Source of the DNA: a virus
Lineage: Duplodnaviria; Caudoviricetes
Direction: 5' to 3' (one strand)
DNA length: 64,000 nt
Virus record (IMG/VR): IMGVR_UViG_3300033074_001484
Coordinates: 32,001 to 96,000 of that record
Shown: positions 33,216-44,339 of the stretch, in pieces
Layout: the number at the start of each line of letters is the position of its first letter
Numbering within the stretch: the stretch's first letter is position 1
Translations under genes and position numbers: made by a program
The notes under the pieces: model-generated
Database searches by the model: none
The model's input: the letters and a program-made list of their open reading frames with translations, nothing else
Told to the model about the DNA's origin: nothing

Positions 33216-34939
33216 AGCTCACTACTGATTACCCGTACAGCCGCTAACATGAGTATTTATGTAAGTCGGGCTAACGGTAGTTAATTAATCGTTTTATCTT
33301 TATTCGGCTTTTGTTCAAGCATTGGGCTGACGAACATAAACTCCCGCCCTGCATAAATACCTGTTCGTTAGCACCAATACTACGAATGTGCTTCAAAAAC
33401 TTGATTATCTCTTAATCGTATTCGCTCTCTTATAGTTTCGGCTAATCGTTCTACTTCATCAGAATAAGAACAAACAACTGTTCCATCATCCTTTTTTAAA
33501 ACTATCGGCATTGCATTTGCGTACAATTCAAATAATACTTTGAATAGTTCTTTTCTGTGGCTATCATTTAAAATAGCCTCTCTTTGTTTTTGGTAATACT
33601 TTTGGTCTTTCATTCTATTTATATTTTGTTGTTAATAATCCGTACTGGTGCTAACAGCACATACACGCTATTTTGCCACGCTCAATCCAACGCTCACAGC
33701 GTGTATCTACAAAACGTTATGTATTAGTGGCGGAGGTAGCTTCTCTGTTGTTCGGAATTAGTGTTGGGTTTACAGACCAAATGCAAAACCGAGCTTTAAT
33801 TTATCGCCACCTAATACATAACATTGTAAGCGTCAGTTGGGGCTATGTGCAGGTAATTACAACTTTTCCCCTATTCGGTTGTACAGGCAGATGGAATTGC
33901 CACCCCCTCGAATACCCAACCGAACGCTTATACAAGTGCCGTTATAGGTAAGGCTATTCTACCACCTTAGAAATTTTTTCAAGTTTGGCATCTAATAATT
34001 GTTTGAAATAGTATTGATGCGTACAGTTTGGATTGGAACATTTTTTTATGTTCACTTCATTTGTTTCACCATCAAATTTATGGGTGGTTAATATTTCACC
34101 TTCATTGCATTTACCACACTTGAAAATGTGAGTGTTGTTTACTTTTGCCATTCTTTTAAGTTTTGTGAGAAGCCCTACCTATAACAGCACATAGGTAATA
34201 ACGTTATAGCCAATGCTGAATAACCAACAGGGCTAAAAACATTCCTATAATAATTAACACACCTTTCATCCACCAAAAGGGATTCTCGGTTGTCTTTCTT
34301 TCTCGTTCTAAGTCAATCCACTTGTAATCTGTTTGTTTTTTCATAATTCAAAATTGGTTAAAAGCACTGGCTATAACACGGGATAAAACAACTGTTTAGC
34401 CCTGTCCATTATAGGGCATTTACAATCCCACTTAGCTCATCAATCCAATCTTCGACCATTTTGAAAGCATAATCTCTTTCAGTCCAGTCATTTTTTTCAT
34501 CCCAATTTTTCATCCTTCCCTGTAACTCCTTTAGGAAGTCAAGGTCTCTTTTTGATTGCTCCCACTTTTCCATCTCAAAGTCGGATTTTTGTTTGAAGAC
34601 TACCTGTTTCAAGTCTTCAATTTCAGATTTTAGTTTATCGTTACTCATTTCGTTAAATTGACAATTATTAGTTCCAAAGCCGTCAATTCGTTAAGCACGA
34701 CAAAGAATATAAACCATAAAAACTACTCACTTTTAGCTTTCATATCGTGTTTATACCTTATATAAGAGTTCACAAAAAAGAATAGGCTTGTAAGTAGCCA
34801 AATCCAAGTCGTAAAATCTCTATCGTTTTCAATGTCGTATGCAAATGCAATCCATAGTAACACGCCTATTCCAAATAAAATGTATCTCACGATTCCGTAA
34901 TTTTTACAGGTCCATATTCAAGTCCGTTATGTACAAGCA

Positions 34940-35398
34940 CTACTTATCGTATCCTAAACGAACTGCTGTGTTTCTCATAATGTCGCAAAGCTGTTCAGAT
35001 AATTCAAACCGCCCTTTATTTATCTCAATGGATTTCATTATGTCTCCATCGGCGGTCCTTTCGGCGGCAGCTTTCCAATCGAAGAACATTTCCATCAAAT
35101 CAAATAAATCAAACCCATTTACACCATTTTCGTAATGCTCAGGGTGATGGCTGTTATTTTTGTAATGATGATCAAGGGCTACTTTCAACCCCTTCAAAAA
35201 CTCTTTGTACTCATCACTTCCATAAGTGCAATTTTTAAGTTTAGGCGTGTACTCATCAAATAATTCCTTTTCAGGGCTTTCCAGTTTTGAATTATCATGA
35301 ACATTGGCACGTCTAATCAATTCACTTGCTGCCTCTACCAATAATTGGTTTACTCTTTTGATGTGTAGTAGAGTATCTGCTGTGCTATCGTATTTCAT
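34940..35398 (-). CDS. HD-like protein (DUF5662-like), cassette-borne
   Basis: HI..V...HDNSK...HHY.NNSHHPEHY...EMFFDW. Confidence 0.7.
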   Translation of the reverse strand: MKYDSTADTLLHIKRVNQLLVEAASELIRRANVHDNSKLESPEKELFDEYTPKLKNCTYGSDEYKEFLKGLKVALDHHYKNNSHHPEHYENGVNGFDLFDLMEMFFDWKAAAERTADGDIMKSIEINKGRFELSEQLCDIMRNTAVRLGYDK

Positions 35399-36285
35399 AT
35401 TTATAAATTTTCGTTGTTAAACCCGTGTCAGTACATAACACAGGCTATAAAATCATTTCGTTCCTCAACGCTTCATATACACAAAACGTTAGGCTTCATT
35501 TGCCCACGCACACAAACCCAACATTTTTCTTTTGACATGTGCCTAAATTTAATGGTTGACAATATACAAAACCATAACATGTGATTAAATGCTTACTATA
35601 TAAAATCTTCAATTTCCGCCTCCCAGTCTATACAATCACCTTCCCGGATATTGTCCATCAACCATTGTAACGCCTCTGGATATTCTGATACGCCGCCAAG
35701 GTGAATGTCATTACCATTTTCATTTGCCTCGTGTATTTGATCATAAACGTCGTTTGGCATTTCGACATCACATAATGTTACTCGGTAGGATATTCTTACC
35801 GTTAAATCTTTTACTGTTGCCATGCTTTATTCAGTTTTATTGTTGGTAATTTATACGACATAAAGGTTCCACTTTTCTTCAAAGAATTTCCAAAATCTCC
35901 AACAAGGTTCAAAATATCTATCCGATGAAAATTCTTTAACAATTTCCCCAAGGTTTTTCCGGCTATCACATTTTTTGCACGTAATCGATCCATAGCATTT
36001 TGTATTTGGAAAGCTACAACATAGCTGATTCAAATTCATCAACTGTGTCAAATCCAATATTAAACCCGATAAATTTTTTACCATCATGCACCAATTCATC
36101 GACACAGCCCTGCGTGTCAACATAGAAAATTTGCTGTCCGGAAAATCCTTCAAGGTTTAAAATTTCAGCAACAACTCGTTCGGCTGAATTTGTTATCGAC
36201 ATACCAACATTGGTATCTTCCAACAGTATAAATGCCGGATTTACAAGTTTTACAGTGTAGTTTTGCATAGCACAATTGAATTTAG

Positions 36286-36372
36286 CGGAAGTAGTGAGGA
36301 TCGAACTCACACACCAGTTTACCGGTGAACTCGGATTAGCAATCCGGCACTTTACCATTCAGTCATACTTCC
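36286..36372 (-). tRNA. tRNA-Ser(GCT)
   Basis: Cloverleaf with long variable arm; loop TTGCTAA. Confidence 0.88.
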
Positions 36373-36633
36373 GAGCATTATCCCCAAACAATACCGTTTA
36401 CACATGCACGGCAACGTTCATCATAGTTATCATCTGCCGCAGTGTATTCAGTTGACCGCCATGTTCGATAAAATCCGGTAGGAACCACGCCGGAACCACC
36501 ACATACCGGGCATTTATGGGGCATCGGCTTAATTCTCGAAGGTTCATACTTCGGCAATCGTGGGGTTAAAGTTTCTTCAACTTCAGTTAGTTTACACATA
36601 ACATTTGATTTAATTAGTTTAAATAATTCAGTG

Positions 36634-36707
36634 TAGGGATGAGCGGATTTGAACCGCTGACCTTCTTCTTATCAGAAAGATATTCTAACCAACTGAACTA
36701 CATCCCC
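36634..36707 (-). tRNA. tRNA-Ile(GAT)
   Basis: Loop CTGATAA. Confidence 0.9.
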
Positions 36708-36908
36708 ATTATTTTAATAGTTCCCTTATAAGCAATAACGCACCTATCACGTTAATTATAAGTAGTGCGGTTATTATTGTCACAGCATGTCGCGTGGTCA
36801 TGGTTGAATTTGTTATCATCCCAAATTCTGCCCCTATATTGACCAGCAGTAATTTGATCACTCGTCCAATTACAGTTTTTTGAATCATTCATACCCCTTG
36901 TTTTATTG

Positions 36909-36982
36909 TGGCCCGTGAAGGAATTGAACCTCCAACCTGTTGATTATGAGTCAACTGCTCTAACCTATTGAGCTAACGGACC
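36909..36982 (-). tRNA. tRNA-CAT (Ile2 or Met)
   Basis: Loop CTCATAA; body resembles lysidine-type Ile2. Confidence 0.85.
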
Positions 36983-36992
36983 TTAATAAATG

Positions 36993-37064
36993 CGGAGATT
37001 CGGGAATTGAACCCTGCCCTTGTGCTTTTCAGGCACACGCTCTCACCATGTGAGCTAAATCTCC
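36993..37064 (-). tRNA. tRNA-Phe(GAA)
   Basis: Loop CTGAAAA. Confidence 0.85.
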
Positions 37065-37350
37065 TTGTTAACAACTCAAACTTCTTCTTTTAAACGATCC
37101 ACCATAATATCCCGGCTTTCCCGGTCAATTATAAGTGATCCATCGGCACCTTCACGTGCTACCAATGCAAATGTAAGCATATTACCAACATCATGATGGG
37201 CCGATATTAGAGATTGGTTTAGATATTCTGAATACTCACGTTGCAATTCGTCATATTTAGAATGCCAATATTCAACCTCAGCGGTGAGATTGTCGACCTC
37301 ATTGCATAGTGAAAGAACCGTTCTGTCAAATGCATTTGTTTTCATCGTAG

Positions 37351-37881
37351 TTATTTTTTACGTAGATTCTTTAGATCATTGTACCGATCTATAAATATCA
37401 TCTTTTGCAATGCCGAGGATGATATATATGGAGGTGTCATATGGTTGTTTAGCAAAAATTTTTCTTCATATTCCAATGCAGCATGGTCCGCAGCTTTCAC
37501 GGCAGGTGGCATGTCATCATCCAATCCAAATTTACGATATATAGCTTTCATCAAACTTTTTTCCAACTCAATGTACTGTGGAAGTTTCTGTTTTATTGGC
37601 GACGGCATATCAGTTAAATATGCTTCAGATGCATCGTGTAGTAATGCATGTAGTCGTATTTCTACCGGTTCATCCTGTACAAATTCTTCGCACCATATTG
37701 AATGTGCGGCAACTGAATAAAATACAGTCGTATGGCCGGAGAATCTGCATGTGTGACTAAGTGCATGTGCAATATCCACGATATTAATATGTTCCGGTTT
37801 AGGATCGAAAACATTTATAAATTTACCTGTAAATGTTTTGATCACACCAAGTTCATAAGCATTTATTTCGGAAATTTTCAT
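37351..37881 (-). CDS. HD-domain 5'-deoxynucleotidase (YfbR-like)
   Basis: DIAHALS..CRFSGH...YSVAAHS...ALLHDASEAYLTD. Confidence 0.85.
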   Translation of the reverse strand: MKISEINAYELGVIKTFTGKFINVFDPKPEHINIVDIAHALSHTCRFSGHTTVFYSVAAHSIWCEEFVQDEPVEIRLHALLHDASEAYLTDMPSPIKQKLPQYIELEKSLMKAIYRKFGLDDDMPPAVKAADHAALEYEEKFLLNNHMTPPYISSSALQKMIFIDRYNDLKNLRKK

Positions 37882-38426
37882 AATTAAAATTTATATGTGT
37901 ATTAATAAGCATGAACTATTGTGCCGCCAACTTGGTGCCCATGTACAAGTATCCCCTGTGCGATATGCCAACGGGTAGAACTGGACCATATCTTACCGGT
38001 CGAATCCACACATGTAATTCTATCGAACGACTTCGATACCAAAATTATTGGTGGTGTGAGTTTTGGAAACTCACAATCCGGGTTGTTGCATATGTCCGAT
38101 GTACAAGACGCCATCAGGCATAATATTAATAACAGTCTCAACATAACTCTAATTTAATTGTGTGTGGTATGATTCGGGTTGCGTTGTACCATACTTCATA
38201 AGGTATTTTCATACAATAATCGCAATCACATGGTTCCGGTTCTAACTCATAAGTACTCCATTGCTCTACATAGAATAATTCCTCAGCAATTATTTTCTTT
38301 TGAGCTAATCTCGCTTTACCTTTACTCGGAATTACTGCTGCGCATATACCGCATTTATCATGACCATGTATTTTTGACGCATTTTTACTCATTCCGTATG
38401 GTCGCATTATTTCTCCTTTTTAATTC

Positions 38427-38519
38427 TGGTGCCTCCGGTAGGACTCGAACCTACAATGTTTACCCTGTGGGACTGGTTTTACAGACCAGTGCGAGACCAA
38501 CCATCCTCGCAGCGTCGGC
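38427..38519 (-). tRNA. tRNA-Tyr(GTA)
   Basis: Loop CTGTAAA, variable arm, encoded CCA; two acceptor mismatches. Confidence 0.8.
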
Positions 38520-38867
38520 ATAAAATGGCGGGAGCCATAACCATCCCGCCATTCCGTAAGGTTTCATTACATTGTCTTCTCTTTTTAGTTTTTAACTGGA
38601 ACTGGAAAATCAATTGCTGATAAAAGCGTCATCAATCCATAATCGGCTTCTTCCCAAGTATTTCCACGGATTGTGAGACCAAATGTACCAGTACCTAAAC
38701 ATGCTACAAAATTTGGACCGATCAATATCGGCCTTCTTGCCCAAAATTGCTTCAATTCTTTTTTTGAATATTCAAAACTTTGGAAGTGCTGCAAAAACGG
38801 ATACATATCATTATATGATGTAATCGTAATAACTGGTATTCTAACCATTTTAATTATCATTGGTTTG

Positions 38868-38955
38868 TACTCCTGTCCGGACTCAAATCACATAACCGTT
38901 CTTAGCTGCTGGATTTTAAAAATACCACATGTCTGGCAATTCCACTACAGAAGGA
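38868..38955 (-). pseudogene. Degenerate tRNA-Leu-like
   Basis: GTGGAATTGCCAGACA D-loop and TTTGAGTCC T-loop remnants, stems broken. Confidence 0.5.
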
Positions 38956-39002
38956 TATAACTTAAATTTTTTGGGTGTCTAACGGGACTGCTATAGACAC
39001 AG

Positions 39003-39077
39003 TGCCCACAGAGGGACTCGAACCCCCAAAATACCTGTTCCTAAGACAGGCGTGTATTCCAATTCCACCATGTGGGC
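39003..39077 (-). tRNA. tRNA-Leu(TAG), short variable arm
   Basis: Loop CTTAGGA. Confidence 0.85.
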
Positions 39078-39082
39078 AATAA

Positions 39083-39745
39083 TTAATACATTAGTTCCGG
39101 GTCTTGCACAAACCCGTAATTTTTAAGTTTTGCGATTGTTGAACCAGTTGAAATTGAACCAATTTTTTGTATCAACTTAATCATATACTCAGGTGTGATT
39201 TCCCAATTGCGTTTTTGAAATGACATCATCCTGTTGATTAGCTTGTATAAATCTTTCGAGTCAAATCCATCCGCAGGTATAAGCCGTCTCGCCATAATAT
39301 CATCTATAACTGTATATGATGGACATATAATAGTGTTGGTTAAACATCGAACAGCAACTTGATTACATGTTAGATCAAACCCATTTAACAGTGTTAAAAC
39401 ATCATCATCAAGAGTTAACTTGTTTACACTGTCACCTTTATCAATAAATTGTATTTTATATGTTTTAGAATCGTGCTTACACGTGAACTCATCCATTACC
39501 CCTCCACAGCTTCGAGTTAATTTACAATCATATTTGCGGCAAAATTCGTGTATAAGCTGCACATCATTTCTATTGGATGATGTATAAAATACATCAACAT
39601 CGTTATATTGTACCCCCAATATACTATCACGGATTGCGCCACCGGCAACCACTATGGTTTTACTATCTAAGTTACCCAACACAAATGCTAAAAAGTTGTC
39701 AATTTTAACAGTTTGAGGGATGAGCTTATCATACGTTATAAACAT
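39083..39745 (-). CDS. tRNA nucleotidyltransferase/poly(A) polymerase head-domain protein
   Basis: VAGGAIRD.ILG...DVDVF; FDLTCNQ. Confidence 0.75.
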   Translation of the reverse strand: MFITYDKLIPQTVKIDNFLAFVLGNLDSKTIVVAGGAIRDSILGVQYNDVDVFYTSSNRNDVQLIHEFCRKYDCKLTRSCGGVMDEFTCKHDSKTYKIQFIDKGDSVNKLTLDDDVLTLLNGFDLTCNQVAVRCLTNTIICPSYTVIDDIMARRLIPADGFDSKDLYKLINRMMSFQKRNWEITPEYMIKLIQKIGSISTGSTIAKLKNYGFVQDPELMY

Positions 39746-39778
39746 ATTATTAAAATTTTATGTGAACAATCAAGTTAG

Positions 39779-39852
39779 TAGTTGTGGATGGATTTGAACC
39801 ACCGACATCCTGTTTGTAAAACAGGTGCTCTGACCCCCTGAGCTACACAACC
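39779..39852 (-). tRNA. tRNA-Val(TAC)
   Basis: Loop TTTACAA. Confidence 0.9.
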
Positions 39853-39854
39853 AA

Positions 39855-40409
39855 TTAGTTATATTTATCAACTGAAAACTTAAAATGCGGATATTTTCGC
39901 CTTAGTCCCGGAAGTATTATTTTATCAATTATTTGATACAGATTCATGCTCTCAATTCGTTTAAACACCCTAAACACATTTGGATACGATATAAGTGTTT
40001 TAATTACCTGATATTTATCCTTCTCAAAGAATTTTTTGGTAAAAACAATCTCTTTGATATATTTTGATGCCGGGCGTATGCCGTCCCCGAACCGATCACC
40101 CGACCACATCTCTTCTGCCTCGTCCCCCCAATCACTTCCCGGCATACTATGTCCTGCATTGATGGGTTCGGACTTATACACGTCGGACATTTTGTCCCCA
40201 TCCAATGCAATGCGAATAGACATATCTGATCCGATTTTGCGACGAGGGTCAATATGAAATAATTTATCTCGCGTGGTAGATAAACGGTCCTTTCCCCATA
40301 TTAAATCTTGTTGTAATATACGAGGGAGTGCTTCAAACGATGTGAAGTGGTATACGATGCCAACGTGTTTTCGCTCATTTAACAATTGATACAGTTTTGT
40401 TAACTTCAT
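39855..40409 (-). CDS. Hypothetical protein with head-targeting-like leader (possible ART fold)
   Basis: True start MKLTKLYQLLNE (the upstream extension is a tRNA); YHFTS...LSTTRD...EAEE. Confidence 0.55.
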   Translation of the reverse strand: MKLTKLYQLLNERKHVGIVYHFTSFEALPRILQQDLIWGKDRLSTTRDKLFHIDPRRKIGSDMSIRIALDGDKMSDVYKSEPINAGHSMPGSDWGDEAEEMWSGDRFGDGIRPASKYIKEIVFTKKFFEKDKYQVIKTLISYPNVFRVFKRIESMNLYQIIDKIILPGLRRKYPHFKFSVDKYN

Positions 40410-40422
40410 ATCACTCCAATTG

Positions 40423-40515
40423 CGATGGACAGAGGACTCGAACCCCAACCAAGCTACTAACCCGGTCCACCAGTTTTCAAGACTGGGGCAGCACCCACTG
40501 GCCGCATTATCCATC
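40423..40515 (-). tRNA. tRNA-Ser(TGA), 8/4 fold
   Basis: Loop CTTGAAA; 8-bp acceptor and 4-bp T stem. Confidence 0.8.
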
Positions 40516-40844
40516 AAACATACATTAATGGCATGTATTTATGCAAGTATCGCACAATATATATGCCGACTGATATACTGGAACTGTGTCACACATTCCC
40601 GATGACAGTTCAACACCTTCAAATCGGGAACTGTTTATTTTTTGAGTTATCCGAATTTTCTCAGATGTGTGCGTATCAATTACAATATCACCAACTTCAA
40701 TTCCATTAATCGGAAATTGAGAGAGTGGATGATATTCACTATCGATACACCCCATAAAAATCAAAAAACTAATTAATGTTAATAGTCTCATTTTATACTC
40801 CATTTTCAAATAGTACCTACAAATATATATCAAAACAAGTTAAT

Positions 40845-40918
40845 TGGAAGACATAGATGGAATCGAACCATCGTATCAGGTTTTGCAGACCTGCACCTAA
40901 CCACTCGGCCATATGTCC
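40845..40918 (-). tRNA. tRNA-Cys(GCA)
   Basis: Loop CTGCAAA; CCA encoded. Confidence 0.9.
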
Positions 40919-41269
40919 AGTTTCAAATTGTTTTTAAATTAAAAAAAAGGGGTGGGGTTAGAATTTTTAAGACCTCGGTCACAGGAGTGTTAGCATATTT
41001 CAGGATTGCTCCATTGTCGCCGTCCCCCGGCCCCTTTTAATTGACGGTAAGAGCGAATCAAGAGTGTTTTATCCTGTGGCTACAAAGAAACACACAACGT
41101 TCGCCCGGATTTTTAGATTCGCTTCACCATCATTTTTGTTTAGGCTACTTTATCCGCACTTCTTTGGCGACCACCCCAACCAGTTTGCATCAATTTCACC
41201 AAGGTAGCATAACATCTTCATTGGTTAGAATCCGACTTCTGCTGCCTATCTTTTTTTATTAACATTTTG

Positions 41270-41355
41270 TACCGCTGACAGGACTTGAACCTGCACGACC
41301 ATTACTGGTCGTTGGGGCTTAAACCCAATGTGTCTGCCATTTCCACCACAGCGGC
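41270..41355 (-). tRNA. tRNA-Leu(TAA)
   Basis: Loop TTTAAGC; variable arm. Confidence 0.88.
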
Positions 41356-41442
41356 AAATAATCAGATCACAAATCTCCGACATTAAACGGGACTCTGCCA
41401 AACATTTGATTAGATATTTTTTTATATAATATGTTAAATTGG

Positions 41443-41976
41443 TTATTTGATAACGTTAATTACCGCATCATTAAATATGACAAGAATATCGTCATTCACA
41501 TCATTGACCACCCGCATTCCGGAAATCCCGGCTCTTGAAAGAAATTCACTAACATCTTTAAATGATTTCAGATGGTTGCGGTAAATTCGCATCAGGAATT
41601 CATAGAATTCATATACATCAGATAAAACAGAGAATTTGCCATACTTTGGATTATTGAAAAACTCATCGGCCTTGAACCATGACATAGATTCCAACTTCAA
41701 TTGCCTGTATATTTTTTTCAATTGAGTTGGCGTGACTTTCTTATATAATATATCTGCTGAAGGGTCTATGGTCACTTGCGTTACAACTGGACCATACGTT
41801 TTAGCCCGATTCGGATCGGAAATAAAATATAAACCATACCCATGATAATTCGATATAGAACGACCCCCCTGCCCTATTTTAGACATTGAGAATTTCTTTA
41901 TTGGCATAGATGAGCCATGATACCACGTCATTTTTGATGTGGTATTAATACTCTCAAGAATATGCACTAATTGCAT
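41443..41976 (-). CDS. ADP-ribosyltransferase-like protein
   Basis: WYHGS...HGYGLYF...A..Y pattern; MQLVHILE leader. Confidence 0.55.
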   Translation of the reverse strand: MQLVHILESINTTSKMTWYHGSSMPIKKFSMSKIGQGGRSISNYHGYGLYFISDPNRAKTYGPVVTQVTIDPSADILYKKVTPTQLKKIYRQLKLESMSWFKADEFFNNPKYGKFSVLSDVYEFYEFLMRIYRNHLKSFKDVSEFLSRAGISGMRVVNDVNDDILVIFNDAVINVIK

Positions 41977-42360
41977 TACACTGAATCTGTCTTGTCCTTG
42001 GCAGCTTTAGTTGCCAATGCGGTGGCCTTTACCTCAGAAGGGTCTCGGCGATTGGTTTTTTCCCGAAAATGTTTTTGCTGAATTTCACTTGGAAACTTTT
42101 TCCACAACCAATGCTCGATTATTTCACCCTTTTTGTAACGGCTCCAGTCAGATGTGCATTCGTAAAGTTTCATATAATCCTCCATAATGTTTGTAAATAT
42201 AAATAGTGAAAATATTGATCAATCGTCAAATTCATGATTGCATTTGTTGCATATATACTTATAACCCATGTATTTGCCAATATCCACGACCACATGATGG
42301 CGGACATGAAAATACATACACCACACAAGTTTCAATGTTTTCATGATTAAATGTGTTTTG

Positions 42361-42436
42361 CGGTGTATATGGGAATTGAACCCATCTGATGTCCTGCGTG
42401 ACAGGCAGGTGGCCACACCATGCAGCCCCATACACC
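42361..42436 (-). tRNA. tRNA-Asp(GTC)
   Basis: Loop CTGTCAC. Confidence 0.9.
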
Positions 42437-42451
42437 TAAAATTACGGTTAG

Positions 42452-42523
42452 TAGTGCCGACGGGAATCGAACCCGCGTCACCGGATTGAAAGTCCGATAT
42501 CTTAACCACTTGACCACGGCACC
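42452..42523 (-). tRNA. tRNA-Glu(TTC)
   Basis: Loop CTTTCAA. Confidence 0.9.
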
Positions 42524-42810
42524 AAATTAATCCTCATCGTAATGTTTATATAATCCTTCCATATACCCAATTATCCGCATCATACGTATTTTGACATACG
42601 TATTTTGAATTTGACGGGCTTTTTCGGCAAATTCTTTAGAAAACGCATCAAGTTCTTCTTTGTTAGATATTTTTTCTACACGTTTTTCAAATTCGTCCAA
42701 AATATCCCATTCTTTTTTTGCACGGCGGGAAACACTATACATTACCCACCCAAATAGTATAGTAACAATTACGATGATTAAGATTTCCATAGTCAATTGT
42801 AATTTAAAAT

Positions 42811-42884
42811 TGGAGCAGGTGCTGAGAATCGAACTCAGATATTCGGTTTGGAAGACCGACACATTACCGTTATGCTACACCTGC
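42811..42884 (-). tRNA. tRNA-Gly(TCC)
   Basis: Loop CTTCCAA; CCA encoded. Confidence 0.9.
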
Positions 42885-42890
42885 AAAACG

Positions 42891-42961
42891 CTGTCGCAAT
42901 AGGACTCGAACCTATAACAACTGATTAACAATCAGACGTGATACCATTTCACCATACGACA
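42891..42961 (-). tRNA. tRNA-Asn(GTT)
   Basis: Loop TTGTTAA. Confidence 0.85.
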
Positions 42962-43162
42962 TCCCCGGCTTATTCGGGAGCTACTTCACTCGTCGAATCA
43001 ACAGTGACTGCCGGAGTATCGGAACTTACCGGCGCGTCGGGAGACGATTCAGGTGTTGATGTACAGGACACCATAGCCATGATAATGATGACCCCCAACA
43101 TACAATACAAAACGTTCTTCATAAACATAAATACCTCAATTTGGTTTGTTAATAAAAACTCG

Positions 43163-43233
43163 ACGCTCTGATGGGGATCGAACCCATATCATGAAATCCA
43201 AAGTTTCAGATGTTACCATTACACCACAGAGCA
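43163..43233 (-). tRNA. tRNA-Gln(TTG)
   Basis: Loop CTTTGGA. Confidence 0.88.
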
Positions 43234-43238
43234 ATTTG

Positions 43239-43346
43239 TGACCTGAGTTGGACTCGAACCAACGTACTCGTGTTAGGTTCGCCCAAGATCATTAGGGAAG
43301 CCCGACCTAACCGTCAGTGTGTTTTATCCCGTTAAACTACCAAGTC
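43239..43346 (-). ncRNA. tRNA-like RNA with extended anticodon arm
   Basis: Intact acceptor, D and T arms; long GTTAGGT/ACCTAAC stem replaces the anticodon arm. Confidence 0.7.
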
Positions 43347-43380
43347 GCGGCTTCTTCTCATGCATGAGTTTTTTTAATTG

Positions 43381-43453
43381 CTCCGGCGACAGGACTCGAA
43401 CCTGCAACCTATTGATTACAAATCAATTGCACTACCAATTGTGCTACCCCGGA
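43381..43453 (-). tRNA. tRNA-Thr(TGT)
   Basis: Loop TTTGTAA. Confidence 0.85.
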
Positions 43454-43531
43454 ATGGACAGGCATTTTTTATTGTTCTTTATGCGGCTACCCTGAATCCC
43501 CACACATCAGTTGAGAGCGACCCAACATTCG

Positions 43532-43605
43532 TGGATCAACCGGGACTTGAACCCGGACCATCTACCTTGCAAAGGTAGCGCATTATCCATTTTTGCTATT
43601 GACCC
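43532..43605 (-). tRNA. tRNA-Ala(TGC)
   Basis: Loop TTTGCAA; G3-U70. Confidence 0.9.
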
Positions 43606-43614
43606 ATTTTTTGT

Positions 43615-43685
43615 TGCAAATGTCGGACTCGAACCGCAATACTAAGTCCCAAACTTAGCGTGTTACCTGATTACACTACATTCGC
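43615..43685 (-). tRNA. tRNA-Pro(TGG)
   Basis: Loop TTTGGGA. Confidence 0.8.
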
Positions 43686-43709
43686 AATATATTCTTTTAT
43701 TCTTTTTTG

Positions 43710-43781
43710 TACCTTCGGAAGGAATCGAACCCTCATTGCAGGAGTAGAAATCCTATGTCTTATCCGTTAGACGACGAAGGC
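43710..43781 (-). tRNA. tRNA-Arg(TCT)
   Basis: Loop TTTCTAC; 5'-half remnant of another tRNA-Arg abuts at 43782-43812. Confidence 0.88.
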
Positions 43782-43851
43782 AGTTGCTCTATCCTGCTGA
43801 GCTATGGGAGTGAAATAATCTACTTCAATTACCGGCAAGCTCACCCATTTG

Positions 43852-43951
43852 TAGCAACGGAGAGAATCGAACTCCCATGTCTTAAAGTTTTTACATTATT
43901 ATACTTTAAAACCTATACAAGTAATGAGCTTGTATCCACCAGAGCGTTGCT
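43852..43951 (-). ncRNA. D-stem-less tRNA-like RNA
   Basis: Acceptor AGCAACG/CGTTGCT, T arm, TACAAG-CTCATTA-CTTGTA hairpin, second long hairpin. Confidence 0.6.
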
Positions 43952-43964
43952 ATATTTATTTTTG

Positions 43965-44069
43965 TAGTCAGGGCTGGATTTGAACCAGCAATGGACAGTT
44001 CGGCGCCTGTCCTCGAAAACCACGGTCTGTCTCCGTTTATCTAGCGTCTACCAATTCCGCCACCTGACT
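43965..44069 (-). ncRNA. tRNA-like RNA with non-canonical anticodon arm
   Basis: AGTCAGG/CCTGACT acceptor, Leu-like D loop, T arm; irregular middle. Confidence 0.7.
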
Positions 44070-44339
44070 ATTTTAGTTGTGAATGAAATGCTTTATCAGT
44101 TCCATCAAACTCAACGGCTCTATAGTACGTGTTTATCCCTCCTATCATCTTTCCATCGTCCTTATGGCAGTCACAGTCTTTAAAACATTGACAACCCTTA
44201 TAACGGAAGATGTATCTTTCATCTTTTTCCCACTTTCTAAAGTTTTGTCCATTGTGCTCAATAATTGGTAATGAGTTTAGAAACTCATTTGATACCAATC
44301 GTAATGGATTAAGTATCTTCTTCATTGTTTGATAGTTTA

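Noticed and set aside
40410-40517. N-terminal extension of ORF 39855-40517, and other ORFs over tRNAs (38179, 38429, 42219, 43378, 43707, 43980)
   Set aside because: Read-through of tRNA genes.
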